64,000 nucleotides of DNA from Candidatus Omnitrophota bacterium (GCA_963805065.1 CAWDSS010000010.1:1048359-1112358); one strand, 5' to 3'; counted from the first letter of the stretch, positions 8,773 through 18,374 are shown. Notes: generated by a model from the letters alone, not told the origin. Numbers and translations: made by a program.

Positions 8773-10780
8773 AAAAATACTTTTTATAACCTTAAGCAAT
8801 ATCGGAGATGCAATTCTTACGCTGCCGGTTTTGGATTATTTAAAGAAAAGCTTTGCCGGCTCCCAGATTACCGTGATGACGGGACTGCGTGCGAAGGAAA
8901 TTTTTGAAAATGATCCTCTCGTAAAAAATTTGCTTGTTTACGATAAACATGCGAGGCTCCGTGAAAAAATCAAATTATTCCGGCAATTAAAACAAAAGAA
9001 TTTTGATTTAATTGTAGATTTACGTAATAGCTTTTTGGGAAGATTGCTTAGTTTTGGGCGCAGGGGAGTTCTTAGGAGCGCTTCTTTAGTAAAATCCAGG
9101 CATATGAAGGATATACATATGTCTAAAGTCGCCACAAAAATACCTCATCTAGCCGGTAACTCTTTACATGTTACGCCCCAGGATGAAGATTATGTCACCC
9201 GTCTCCTTGAGGAAAACAATATTTCCCAGAAAGATAATTTCGCGGTTATTTCTCCGGGTGCCAGGAGCAATATAAAGAGATGGCCTGCGGAAAAATTTAT
9301 GGAATTAATTTACGGTATTACTCAAACATTTAAATTAAAGGTAGTCTTGGTGGGAGATAAGGATGATGTGCCAATTACCGGCTATATTACAGAGCGCTCT
9401 AAATATGCTGTTACGGATTTAGCAGGAAAGACCAGCATCCTTCAGTTGGCTGCTTTGTTAAAAAGGGCAAAGGCCTTAATTTGTAATGACAGCGCTAGTA
9501 TGCATTTAGCCAGTTACCTTAATATACCAGTGGTGGCATTATTCGGGCCTACAGATGAAACAAAATACGGGCCGTGGTCCAAAACTTCAGTAACCGTAAA
9601 AAAAGAAATCTCCTGCAGGCCTTGCAAAAAAGCGCAGTGTAAATTCAATACCTTAGAATGCATGCATTTGATAAAAGTCGAAGACGTAATGAGGGCTCTA
9701 AATAATGTTTTAGCCCAGAATCCAGAACCCAGAGCCCGGAACCTGGAGAATTTTAAGCGTATACTTATCGCCCGCACAGATAGAATCGGCGATGTCCTTT
9801 TGTCAACGCCCGTAATTAAAGCCCTAAGGGAAAATTACCCCAATGCATATATTGCCATGATGGTTAGCCCCTATGCAAAGGATATAGTAGAAGCTAATCC
9901 CTACCTTGACCAGGTTATAATTTATGACAAGGATACTAAACACAAGAGTTGGGCTAGGTCAATAAAGTTTTCTCAGAGGCTCAAAAATAAAAGGTTTGAA
10001 TTGGCTATTATCCTGCATCCTACAAACCGCGTGCACCTGATAACATTTCTTGCAGGCATACGCAGGAGAATAGGCTTTGACAGGAAACTGGGGATTTTGC
10101 TGACCGACAGGATTAAGCATACCAAGCAGATGGGGCTTAAACATGAATTAGAGTATACCCTGGATTTAATCAGGCATTTAGGTATAGAGCCGGAAAATAA
10201 AAATCTGTTTATACCCATAAGGCAAGAATCAGAAGATTGGGTAGATGAATTATTTAAACAGGAGAGGATTAAAAAAGAGGATTTGTTATTGGCGATTAAC
10301 CCTGGAGCAAGCTGTCCCTCAAAAATCTGGCCCAATGAAAGGTTCGCCGAGGTTGCCGACAGGCTAATTGAAAAGTACGGGTTTAAGGTTTTGGTTGTGT
10401 CCGGGCCAAAAGACACTAGCTTAGCAGCAAGCCTGATTAAACATATGCGCCATAGCGCCCTGGATTTATCCGGCAAAACTTCATTAAGCCAGTTGGCAAG
10501 CTTGTTAAAAAGAAGCAATTTGTTTATATCCAATGATTCGGGTCCCGTGCACATTGCAACTGCCGTGGGAGTGCCGGTAATCGCAATATTCGGCAGGAAT
10601 CAGACGGGTTTAAGCCCTCGTCGTTGGGGGCCGGTTGGCAGAAAAGACAAAATCCTTCATAAACAGGTAGGTTGTATTAACTGCCTGGCGCACAACTGTA
10701 AAAATGGGTTTGCCTGCCTTAAGGCAATAACCGTGGAGGATGTTTACGAAGCAGCTGACCAGATAATGCAGTGTGCTTAA
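8762..10780 (+). CDS. Tandem GT9-GT9 fusion (two heptosyltransferase-like domains in one ORF)
   Basis: Two full GT9 units. Unit 1: ILFITLSNIGDAILTLPVL ... CNDSASMHLASY. Unit 2: ILIARTDRIGDVLLSTPVI ... SNDSGPVHIATA. Confidence 0.75.
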   Translation: MQVKKILFITLSNIGDAILTLPVLDYLKKSFAGSQITVMTGLRAKEIFENDPLVKNLLVYDKHARLREKIKLFRQLKQKNFDLIVDLRNSFLGRLLSFGRRGVLRSASLVKSRHMKDIHMSKVATKIPHLAGNSLHVTPQDEDYVTRLLEENNISQKDNFAVISPGARSNIKRWPAEKFMELIYGITQTFKLKVVLVGDKDDVPITGYITERSKYAVTDLAGKTSILQLAALLKRAKALICNDSASMHLASYLNIPVVALFGPTDETKYGPWSKTSVTVKKEISCRPCKKAQCKFNTLECMHLIKVEDVMRALNNVLAQNPEPRARNLENFKRILIARTDRIGDVLLSTPVIKALRENYPNAYIAMMVSPYAKDIVEANPYLDQVIIYDKDTKHKSWARSIKFSQRLKNKRFELAIILHPTNRVHLITFLAGIRRRIGFDRKLGILLTDRIKHTKQMGLKHELEYTLDLIRHLGIEPENKNLFIPIRQESEDWVDELFKQERIKKEDLLLAINPGASCPSKIWPNERFAEVADRLIEKYGFKVLVVSGPKDTSLAASLIKHMRHSALDLSGKTSLSQLASLLKRSNLFISNDSGPVHIATAVGVPVIAIFGRNQTGLSPRRWGPVGRKDKILHKQVGCINCLAHNCKNGFACLKAITVEDVYEAADQIMQCA

Positions 10781-10798
10781 CGGTTGAGTCCATAAATA

Positions 10799-10828
10799 TT
10801 GTTGCAAAGCATATATAGATGATATAAT
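10799..10828 (+). promoter_or_regulatory. Candidate sigma70-type promoter (TTGTTG/TTGCAA ... TATAAT)
   Basis: TTGCAA at 10802-10807 with a 15-nt spacer (or TTGTTG at 10799 with 18 nt), then TATAAT at 10823-10828. GAGG RBS at 10847. Confidence 0.3.
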
Positions 10829-10858
10829 AGATAAATAAGCATTAATGAGGCGAATAGA

Positions 10859-11368
10859 ATGAAGAAAAGTAATAAAATAATCTTGATTATTTGTGCCGCT
10901 GTTGTTATCGCCCTTGGAGCATGGCAGTTCTGGCTCATATTTAAGGCATGGCAGCGCACCAAAGAACAACTTGCAAGCCTTCAAATACAATATTATAAGA
11001 CAGCAGAGGAATTAGCCGATTCACAAAAACAAATAGATTCCCTGAATCAAAAAATTATCGGCTTTAAAAAGAATAATGCCAGGCTTTCACAAGATAAGCA
11101 GAGCCTGCAAGAAAAAGTAGCAAGTTTGACGCAGGAAAAACAAGCTATAGAAGCCAAACTTCATTCATTAAAAGACCTTAAACAGGCAATTCGACAGGTC
11201 AAGATAGAGATGCATGACCAGCGGGTTAAGCAATATCTTGCCAGGGAAGAACGGCAAAAAGCAATCGATGCTCAAGAGCTAGCTTTGGGTAACCGCGGGT
11301 TTATGATAAAAGACGCTCAATCCACCTATAAACCGTCGATTAGGATAGAAGTTAAGCCTGCACAATAA
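10859..11368 (+). CDS. Membrane-anchored coiled-coil protein (hypothetical)
   Basis: N-terminal TM (IILIICAAVVIALGAWQFWLIF) followed by a long heptad-like Q/K/E/L-rich stretch. No family recognised. Confidence 0.5.
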   Translation: MKKSNKIILIICAAVVIALGAWQFWLIFKAWQRTKEQLASLQIQYYKTAEELADSQKQIDSLNQKIIGFKKNNARLSQDKQSLQEKVASLTQEKQAIEAKLHSLKDLKQAIRQVKIEMHDQRVKQYLAREERQKAIDAQELALGNRGFMIKDAQSTYKPSIRIEVKPAQ

Positions 11369-11413
11369 CTTACTTATTCCGAAGTGTCGGGATTCGTAAG
11401 TTGTGCGCTCATT
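11360..11413 (+). repeat. Modular palindromic repeat, M3 module copy (overlaps the upstream stop codon)
   Basis: GCACAATAACTTAC ... GTAAGTTGTGC outer stem with an inner CCGA-AGTG-TCGG hairpin. Homologous to 15108-15156 and 24664-24716. Confidence 0.75.
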
Positions 11414-11460
11414 AATTACAGTTGATTTACTAATAATTTATGCTAAAATTATAATTTCCC

Positions 11461-12390
11461 ATGATAGATAAAAACAAGGTAAAAACATATTCCATTAAGC
11501 ATCGGGCGAGTAAAGTAGAAACTGGCGATTTTGCCAAGGCTCCCGCTAAAAGAATCGGTTTTTCTAAATTTTATGATGCCCTTCCGAATATACTAAAAGC
11601 TAAAGATTTACGTGAAGTTGTCAGTGTGGTTATAAAGGCTCATAAGGCCGGCAAATCCGTTATTTTTATGGCAGGGGCCCACGTGATAAAATGCGGGCTT
11701 AATCCCGTATTAATTGAGCTAATCAAAAGAAAAGTCTTAAGCTGTATCTGCCTTAACGGAGCAGGCATAATCCATGATTTTGAGATTGCTTTTCAAGCTA
11801 GGACTTCCGAAGACGTAGGCGAGAATTTAAAACAGGGAAAATTCGGCATGGCTAAAGAGACCGCCGATTTTATAAACAATGCCGCCATAGAAGGAGTTGA
11901 AGGAGGCTTAGGATTTGGCTATGCTGTGGCTAAAAAAATCGCCTATTCTAAACTCAAATATAAAAACTTAAGCCTGATATTTAATGCTTATAAATATAAA
12001 GTCCCGGTTTGCGTTTTTCTGGCCATAGGTACTGATATCATACATCAGCACCCGTCTTTTAATGCCCCGCTTAGCGCAGAGGGAAGCTTAAGGGATTTTT
12101 ATTCACTGGTTGAGAATACCGCCGGGCTAAATCAGGGCGGGGTGTTGATAAATTTTGGTTCCGCGGTAATATTGCCCGAGGTTTTCTTGAAGGCATTGAA
12201 TTTAAGCCGTAACCTCGGCAATGAAGTCAAGAATTTTACCACTGCAAATTTCGATATGATTTATCATTATCGTCCTTCGCAGAATATCGTAGCTCGGCCG
12301 GTAATGTCCGGAGGCAAAGGTTTTTATATTACCGGGCATCATGAGATAATGCTGCCTTTATTGGCGCAGGCGATCATAGAGAAGTTATAA
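11461..12390 (+). CDS. Conserved hypothetical, possibly deoxyhypusine-synthase-like (DHS-like NAD-binding fold)
   Basis: VIFMAGAHVIKCGLNPVLIELIKRKVLSCICLNGAGIIHDFE resembles the DHS pattern (G-l-r ... L-i ... V-d-x-i-v-t-T-a-G-x-i-e-x-D). Weak, pattern-level only. Confidence 0.4.
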   Translation: MIDKNKVKTYSIKHRASKVETGDFAKAPAKRIGFSKFYDALPNILKAKDLREVVSVVIKAHKAGKSVIFMAGAHVIKCGLNPVLIELIKRKVLSCICLNGAGIIHDFEIAFQARTSEDVGENLKQGKFGMAKETADFINNAAIEGVEGGLGFGYAVAKKIAYSKLKYKNLSLIFNAYKYKVPVCVFLAIGTDIIHQHPSFNAPLSAEGSLRDFYSLVENTAGLNQGGVLINFGSAVILPEVFLKALNLSRNLGNEVKNFTTANFDMIYHYRPSQNIVARPVMSGGKGFYITGHHEIMLPLLAQAIIEKL

Positions 12391-12403
12391 ATACAAGAAG
12401 CTT

Positions 12404-12431
12404 GTGTAATGTGTAAAGTGTAATGTATACA
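12404..12431 (+). repeat. Heptamer array GTGTAAT-GTGTAAA-GTGTAAT-GTATACA (intergenic)
   Basis: Read directly, upstream of the heptose kinase gene. Confidence 0.7.
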
Positions 12432-12441
12432 GAAATAAGCC

Positions 12442-13455
12442 ATGAAGAATCTTAAGAAAATAATAAGCCGTTTTAGTCATGCCAATGTCCTTGTAGTAGG
12501 AGATTTGATTTTAGACGAATATATCTGGGGTAATGTTGACAGGATCTCGCCTGAAGCGCCGGTACCTGTGGTTTGGGCAAACAAAAGGACATATGTGCCC
12601 GGCGGAGCAGCCAATGTGGCAAATAATATCCGTTCCCTAGATGCAAAAGTATGTTTGGTGGGAGTTGCCGGCGCAGATACAAACAGCGAAGTCCTATTCC
12701 ATGAGCTAAAGAAAAGAAATATTGATACAAGGGGTATATTTTGTCAGCCTCAAAGGCACACTACGTTAAAGAGCCGTATTATTGCCGGGCATCAGCAGGT
12801 AGTAAGAGTTGACTGGGAACACACAGACCCCTTGCCAAGGCAATTGAATGAACGGATTATTAAATTCCTGCAGAAGAATATCGCTGATTTTGATGCTGTG
12901 ATTATCGAGGATTATGGCAAGGGCGTAATAAATATGCACCTATTGGAGGAACTTATCGGGTTAGCGCTTAAGCATAACAAGATTATTGCGGTTGACCCCA
13001 AGGAAGAAAACTTTCAGTTCTATAAAAAAGTCACTTCCATTACCCCCAACCGCCGGGAATTGGAAAATGCCATAAGGAATTTGAAGATAAAAGATACCAC
13101 AAACAGGTTTAAGGTTAATAGCGACAAGCTGTTTAGCGATAAGGATATTGATTCTGCGGCCAGGCAAATCTTAGAGTATTTAAAACTTGAATCCATGCTG
13201 GTTACGTTGGGCGAGCACGGTATGAAACTATTCGAGAAAAACGGACGGATGACGCATATACCAACGGTCGCGCAGGAAGTTTTTGACGTTTCCGGAGCAG
13301 GGGATACGGTGATAGGGACATTTAGTTTAGGGCTGTGCTGCCGGGCAACTAAGCTTGAGGCAGCGCATATAGCGAATTTTGCCGCGGGTATAGTTGTAGG
13401 AAAAGTAGGGACTGCAGTTACTACAAGAAAAGAACTAATCGAAAGGTTGCCTTAA
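12442..13455 (+). CDS. hldA: D-glycero-beta-D-manno-heptose-7-phosphate kinase (RfaE/HldE domain I, stand-alone)
   Basis: VLVVGDLILDEYIWGNVDRISPEAPVPVV and DVSGAGDTV (ribokinase-family) motifs. No adenylyltransferase domain attached. Confidence 0.8.
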   Translation: MKNLKKIISRFSHANVLVVGDLILDEYIWGNVDRISPEAPVPVVWANKRTYVPGGAANVANNIRSLDAKVCLVGVAGADTNSEVLFHELKKRNIDTRGIFCQPQRHTTLKSRIIAGHQQVVRVDWEHTDPLPRQLNERIIKFLQKNIADFDAVIIEDYGKGVINMHLLEELIGLALKHNKIIAVDPKEENFQFYKKVTSITPNRRELENAIRNLKIKDTTNRFKVNSDKLFSDKDIDSAARQILEYLKLESMLVTLGEHGMKLFEKNGRMTHIPTVAQEVFDVSGAGDTVIGTFSLGLCCRATKLEAAHIANFAAGIVVGKVGTAVTTRKELIERLP

Positions 13456-14196
13456 ATGGAAGCAATCGGAGTAATACCAGCCAGGTACTCCTCAACCAGA
13501 TTTGAGGGAAAAGTTTTGGCAGATATCCTGGGTAAACCCATGATTCAGCACGTATGGGAACACGCAAAGCAGGCTTTGATACTGGATGACCTTATAATTG
13601 CCTGCGACGAAGAAATTGTTGCCGATGCCTGCCGTAAATTCAAGGCCAAGGTTGTAATGACTTCCAAAGGTCATACATGCGGCACAGACAGGATAATCGA
13701 AGTAGTGAATCCTTTAGATGCAAAAATAATCATAAACATACAGGCGGATGAGCCGTTAATTCATCCTATGATGATTGATTCGGTTGCCAGGGCGCTTTTG
13801 GATGATAAAAGCGTTTCCATGGCCACGATTATGAAAAAAATAGAGGATGTTTCAGAACTCAAGGATCCTAACGTAGTAAAAGTCGTGGTGGATAAAAATA
13901 ATTTTGCCTTGTATTTTTCCCGTGCCCCTATTCCGCATCGGGCACATAGTTCAGAGATACAGTCTCCGGCATACTTTAAACATATCGGGCTCTATGGTTA
14001 TACAAAAGATTTTCTTTTTACTTACAAAAATTTACCGGTTTCCAATCTAGAGAAAATAGAGAAGCTGGAACAGTTAAGAGTCCTGGAAGAAGGTTTTCGT
14101 ATCAAGGTTGTTGAGACGAAGTTTGATACAGTGGGAGTGGATACTCCTCAGGATTTGGAAAAGGCCAGGTCGTATTTAGAAAAGGAAAATTTATAA
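13456..14196 (+). CDS. kdsB: 3-deoxy-manno-octulosonate cytidylyltransferase (CMP-Kdo synthetase)
   Basis: IGVIPARYSSTRFEGKVLADILGKPMIQHV, NIQADEP and GVDTPQDL motifs. Confidence 0.9.
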   Translation: MEAIGVIPARYSSTRFEGKVLADILGKPMIQHVWEHAKQALILDDLIIACDEEIVADACRKFKAKVVMTSKGHTCGTDRIIEVVNPLDAKIIINIQADEPLIHPMMIDSVARALLDDKSVSMATIMKKIEDVSELKDPNVVKVVVDKNNFALYFSRAPIPHRAHSSEIQSPAYFKHIGLYGYTKDFLFTYKNLPVSNLEKIEKLEQLRVLEEGFRIKVVETKFDTVGVDTPQDLEKARSYLEKENL

Positions 14197-15032
14197 TGCG
14201 CCAGGTTAATGTAAAGAATATTTTGATAGGAGACAAGAACCCTTTGGTTTTAATCGCCGGGCCTTGCGTTATTGAATCAGAAAGGCTTTGTTTGGAGGCG
14301 GCTAAAAAAATCAAGGATATTGCCGTAAAATTAAATATCCCGTACATATTTAAATCCAGTTTTGATAAAGCAAACAGAATGTCAATTGATTCTTATCGCG
14401 GCCCGGGCATAAAAAAGGGCTTAGAGGTTTTGCATAAGGTAAAACAGCAATTAAAAGTACCCGTGTTAAGCGACATACACTGCCAGAGGGATATCCCGGA
14501 GGCAGCCGAAGTGTTGGATATAATTCAGATACCGGCGTTTCTCTGTCGCCAGACGGATATTGTAGTTGCTGCTGCCATGACAGGCAAGGTCGTAAATATT
14601 AAAAAAGGCCAATTCCTGGCTCCTTGGGATATACTGCCGATAATCAAAAAGATTGAATCCGCAGGAAATAAATCAATATTGATTACTGAGAGGGGATTTT
14701 GTTTCGGTTATAATAATCTAGTGACTGATTTTAGGAGTTTGCAGATAATGCGCGAGTTTGGTTACCCTGTAATTTATGACGCGACGCATAGCGTACAGCT
14801 TCCGGGAGGCAAAGGAAATACTTCCGGAGGGCAGCGGGAATTTGTGGAAGGACTTTCGCGCGCAGCAGTTGCCTTTGGCTGCGACGGCTTATTCCTGGAA
14901 GTGCATCCTGAGCCGGATAGTGCCCTTTGCGATGGGCCGAATATGATTAATTTGGCTGGCTTGGAAAAACTTTTGAAACAGCTTAAGAAGATAAGCGAAG
15001 CCATAACTTATGGAGCACGTAGTGCGACATAA
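14196..15032 (+). CDS. kdsA: 2-dehydro-3-deoxyphosphooctonate aldolase (Kdo8P synthase)
   Basis: LIAGPCVIES, FKSSFDKANR, DATHSVQLPGG and CDGPN motifs. The last ~9 codons and the stop lie in repeat module M1. Confidence 0.9.
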   Translation: MRQVNVKNILIGDKNPLVLIAGPCVIESERLCLEAAKKIKDIAVKLNIPYIFKSSFDKANRMSIDSYRGPGIKKGLEVLHKVKQQLKVPVLSDIHCQRDIPEAAEVLDIIQIPAFLCRQTDIVVAAAMTGKVVNIKKGQFLAPWDILPIIKKIESAGNKSILITERGFCFGYNNLVTDFRSLQIMREFGYPVIYDATHSVQLPGGKGNTSGGQREFVEGLSRAAVAFGCDGLFLEVHPEPDSALCDGPNMINLAGLEKLLKQLKKISEAITYGARSAT

Positions 15033-15166
15033 GTTATTTGGCTGAACTTACCCAGCACTAATTTTATTTTAGCTAAGCATTTATCAAAATTAGTGCTGGG
15101 TTAATTCGCACAATAACTTACTCATCCCGACACTTCGGGATTCGTAAGTTATGTGCTCATTTAAGA
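15002..15166 (+). repeat. Modular nested-palindrome repeat, full copy (modules M1+M2+M3)
   Basis: M1 at 15002-15037 (stem ATAACTTATG/CATAAGTTAT). M2 at 15044-15107 (perfect 16-bp stem ACCCAGCACTAATTTT/AAAATTAGTGCTGGGT). M3 at 15108-15156. Ends TTAAGA directly before the kdsD ATG. Confidence 0.85.
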
Positions 15167-16135
15167 ATGAAAATTAATTGCATAAAACGCGCAAAACAAG
15201 TTTTGGAAATCGAAGCCCAAGCAATTAAAGATTTGACATCCAGGGTCGGGAAAAATTTCCAAAAAGCCCTGGATATAATTTTAAAGACCAAGGGCAGAGT
15301 GGTAGTCAGCGGCATGGGAAAAACCGGTATTATCGCCCAAAAATTTTCTGCTACGTTAGCTTCTACCGGTACCCCCAGTTTATTTTTACATACTGCGGAA
15401 GCAATTCACGGAGACTTAGGAAAGGTCATTTGTGATGATGTGGTAATTATACTTTCTAACAGCGGCACAACTGAAGAGATGAAACAGCTCCTTCCTTTGT
15501 TAAGAAAGATCGGCTGTGGAATTATTGCCCTTACGGGCAATACTAAATCTATTCTTGCAAAATATAGCGATTGTGTATTGGACGTTTCAGTAAAAAAAGA
15601 AGCCTGTCCCTTAGGCTTGGCTCCTACTGCTTCTACTACTGCTACCCTCGCTATGTCAGACGCACTGGCAGTTTGCCTTTTGGAATGCAAGGGTTTTAAG
15701 GAAAAAGATTTTGCATTCTTTCATCCTGGCGGGGCATTGGGAAAGCGCCTGCTTTTAAAAGTAGAAGACATTATGCGTACCGGCACTGCCAATCCAATTG
15801 TGCATGAGGATAAAAAAGTTTCTCAGGTTCTATTGAAGATTACCCAGGCAAGGGCAGGGTCAGCTACCGTGGTGGATAAAAACGGAAAACTAAAAGGCAT
15901 TTTTACTGACGGGGATTTGCGCCGCCACCTGGAGGATGATGCTGATTTGCCCGGACGAAAGATTAAAGAAGTAATGACCAAGAATCCCACGGTGATTAAT
16001 AAAGATATGCTGGCTGCGCAAGCCATGCGAATTCTACAGGAAAAAAAGATTGACGAGCTACCGGTGGTTGATAATAATAAGCGGCCGGTAGGCCTGCTTG
16101 ACGTGCAGGATTTATTAAAGGCCGGTTTGATTTAA
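15167..16135 (+). CDS. kdsD: Arabinose-5-phosphate isomerase (SIS + tandem CBS)
   Basis: GRVVVSGMGKTGIIAQKFSATLASTG SIS motif and a C-terminal CBS pair. Confidence 0.9.
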   Translation: MKINCIKRAKQVLEIEAQAIKDLTSRVGKNFQKALDIILKTKGRVVVSGMGKTGIIAQKFSATLASTGTPSLFLHTAEAIHGDLGKVICDDVVIILSNSGTTEEMKQLLPLLRKIGCGIIALTGNTKSILAKYSDCVLDVSVKKEACPLGLAPTASTTATLAMSDALAVCLLECKGFKEKDFAFFHPGGALGKRLLLKVEDIMRTGTANPIVHEDKKVSQVLLKITQARAGSATVVDKNGKLKGIFTDGDLRRHLEDDADLPGRKIKEVMTKNPTVINKDMLAAQAMRILQEKKIDELPVVDNNKRPVGLLDVQDLLKAGLI

Positions 16136-16662
16136 TGGATGACCTAAGAGATAAGGTAAAGAAAATTAAATTATTATTACTGGATGTTGACGGTGTTTTG
16201 ACCGACGGACGCATTGTCTATGATTCAGGCGGCCGCGACATGAAATTCTTTGACGTCCATGATGGCATGGGTGTCTATGCGCTTCATAGGTCCGGCATAA
16301 AGACCATTCTTGTTACTGCTAAAGGTTCAGCCGCCATAAAGCCCCGCGCGCGCGATATGCAGGTAGAAGAAGTATTTGTTGCCGACGGTTTTCCCAAAAC
16401 AGCGGTATTGGAAAAAATCCGCAAGAAATATAATATAGAAACAAGTGAAATATGTTTTGCGGGCGATGATTTAGTAGACCTTTGCCTTATGAAAAAAGTA
16501 GGTTTGCCTATAGCGGTATTTAATGCCTGCCCTGAAATCAAACAGGCAGCCTCTTATGTAACTATTCGAGAAGGCGGAAGGGGTGCTGTGCGTGAAATTG
16601 CCGAACTCATCCTGAAAATCCAGGGAAAATGGGAAGATCTCATAAAGCTTTATGACATTTAG
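16135..16662 (+). CDS. kdsC: Kdo-8-phosphate phosphatase (HAD-IIIA)
   Basis: LLLLDVDGVLTDGRI and GDDLVDL motifs. TAATG overlap with kdsD. Confidence 0.85.
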   Translation: MDDLRDKVKKIKLLLLDVDGVLTDGRIVYDSGGRDMKFFDVHDGMGVYALHRSGIKTILVTAKGSAAIKPRARDMQVEEVFVADGFPKTAVLEKIRKKYNIETSEICFAGDDLVDLCLMKKVGLPIAVFNACPEIKQAASYVTIREGGRGAVREIAELILKIQGKWEDLIKLYDI

Positions 16663-17566
16663 AATTAATTTTGCTGTAACTATTCTTTTTCTTTTTAGTA
16701 CGCATTGTTTGTATGCAAGCAAAACCTTGCCGCAGCAACAACAAGAATCCGACCAGCAGATAAATGAATTTTCTTTGTCAGGTTACGGTGAAAAAGGCAA
16801 AAAAAGCTGGGATTTGTCCGGCAAAACCGCGGATATATTTAACGAAATAGTGAAGTTAACCAAAGTAGTAGGTAATTTATACGGCAAAGAGGAGAATATT
16901 AACCTAACAGCTGAAAGAGGGGATTTTAACAAGAATGACGGCAAGGTACATCTGGAGCAGGACGTGGTAATCACCACGTCATCGGGGACAAAGATGACCA
17001 CAGATTCCCTGGATTGGGACAGGAAGAACCAGTTGGTAACTACAAACGACCCTGTGAATATACAAAGGGATAACATGGTGATAGTAGCGCAAGGCGCCAG
17101 GGGAGAGTCCAATTTAAAAAAAGTGGATTTGCAAAAAAATGTGCGGCTGGATATTAATCCCGCGGATAAGGCAAAAAATCATGATAAAGAAGCGGGAAAG
17201 AAAATTGTTATCACTTGCGACGGGCCGTTAGAAGTAGATTACGGCAAAAATATCGCCGTATTCAAAAATAATGTCAAGGTAGATAGAGAGGATGCCGTAA
17301 TCTATAGCGATGAAATGGAAGTGTATTTTACTACGTCAAAAAAAGAAACCAATACCTCCGCAACAAATAATGGACAGGAGATGATGAATAGTAAAATAGA
17401 TAAAATAATTTCCAAAGGCAATGTCAAGGTTGTGCGCGGTGAAAATGTGTCCTACAGCGATGAGGCAACCTACACTGCAGCGGATAAGAAGCTTGTTTTA
17501 ACGGGAAACCCTAGATTAGTAATATCCCAAACGGAGAATATAAGTAATGCACCTTTTGGAAATTAA
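16652..17566 (+). CDS. Fused LptC-like / LptA(OstA)-like LPS transport periplasmic protein
   Basis: N-terminal anchor, then two OstA-like beta-jellyroll style segments ([23 protein letters not shown]...; [11 protein letters not shown]...[16 protein letters not shown]). Lies just upstream of lptB. Confidence 0.6.
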   Translation: MTFRINFAVTILFLFSTHCLYASKTLPQQQQESDQQINEFSLSGYGEKGKKSWDLSGKTADIFNEIVKLTKVVGNLYGKEENINLTAERGDFNKNDGKVHLEQDVVITTSSGTKMTTDSLDWDRKNQLVTTNDPVNIQRDNMVIVAQGARGESNLKKVDLQKNVRLDINPADKAKNHDKEAGKKIVITCDGPLEVDYGKNIAVFKNNVKVDREDAVIYSDEMEVYFTTSKKETNTSATNNGQEMMNSKIDKIISKGNVKVVRGENVSYSDEATYTAADKKLVLTGNPRLVISQTENISNAPFGN

Positions 17567-18269
17567 AGGCCTGTCAAAATCATATGACGGAAGAGAAGTA
17601 GTTAAGGGCGTAGATATCCTGGTCAGGCGCGGTGAGATTGTGGGATTGTTAGGCCCTAACGGCGCAGGCAAGACCACAACCTTCTACATGGTAGTCGGTA
17701 TTATACCTCCTAATCGAGGAAAGATTATTTTTGACAACAACGACATTACTAACCTTCCCATACATGAAAGGGCACGCTACGGCATAGGTTATCTTGCCCA
17801 GGAGCCTTCGATATTCACCAAACTTACCGTAGAAGAAAATATCCTTTCTGTTTTGGAGACATTGCCTATAAGTAAGGCAGAGAGAAGACAAAGGCTTAAA
17901 AATTTATTGGAAGAGTTGAATATCTCGCATCTGGCAAAAAATAAGGCAGCTACGTTATCCGGCGGAGAAAGAAGGAGGCTGGAAATTACGCGCGCGCTGG
18001 TTACAAACCCTTCTTTCATATTGTTGGATGAGCCGTTTTCAGGGATAGATCCAATAGTGGTTAATGAGGCACAGGAGATTATCAAGGAGTTAAAAGAAAG
18101 AGGCCTGGGGATTTTACTGACGGATCATAACGTCAGAGAAACCCTCTCCATAACAGACAGGGCTTATTTGATAGCCGAAGGTAAGATTCTTATTTCCGGG
18201 ACAGCTGGAGAATTAATAAATAACCCCCAGGCAAGGCAAGTGTATCTGGGAGAGAAATTCAGGATGTGA
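17547..18269 (+). CDS. lptB: LPS export ABC transporter ATPase
   Basis: Walker [10 protein letters not shown], signature [11 protein letters not shown], Walker B ILLDEPF and a C-terminal VYLGEKF. Confidence 0.9.
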   Translation: MHLLEIKGLSKSYDGREVVKGVDILVRRGEIVGLLGPNGAGKTTTFYMVVGIIPPNRGKIIFDNNDITNLPIHERARYGIGYLAQEPSIFTKLTVEENILSVLETLPISKAERRQRLKNLLEELNISHLAKNKAATLSGGERRRLEITRALVTNPSFILLDEPFSGIDPIVVNEAQEIIKELKERGLGILLTDHNVRETLSITDRAYLIAEGKILISGTAGELINNPQARQVYLGEKFRM

Positions 18270-18270
18270 C

Positions 18271-18343
18271 CACGGATGACACGGATTATGCACGGATTAC
18301 ACAGTCCAAAGGTATATCCGTGTAATCCGTGGTTAAATCCGTG
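18271..18343 (+). repeat. Triple CACGGAT / triple ATCCGTG symmetric array (long imperfect hairpin)
   Basis: CACGGAT at 18271, 18280 and 18291. Reverse complement ATCCGTG at 18316, 18325 and 18337. The inner 12 bp CACGGATTACAC/GTGTAATCCGTG are perfect. Confidence 0.8.
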
Positions 18344-18374
18344 CGATTGAGTAAAGACTAAGAGGACAGTGGTT

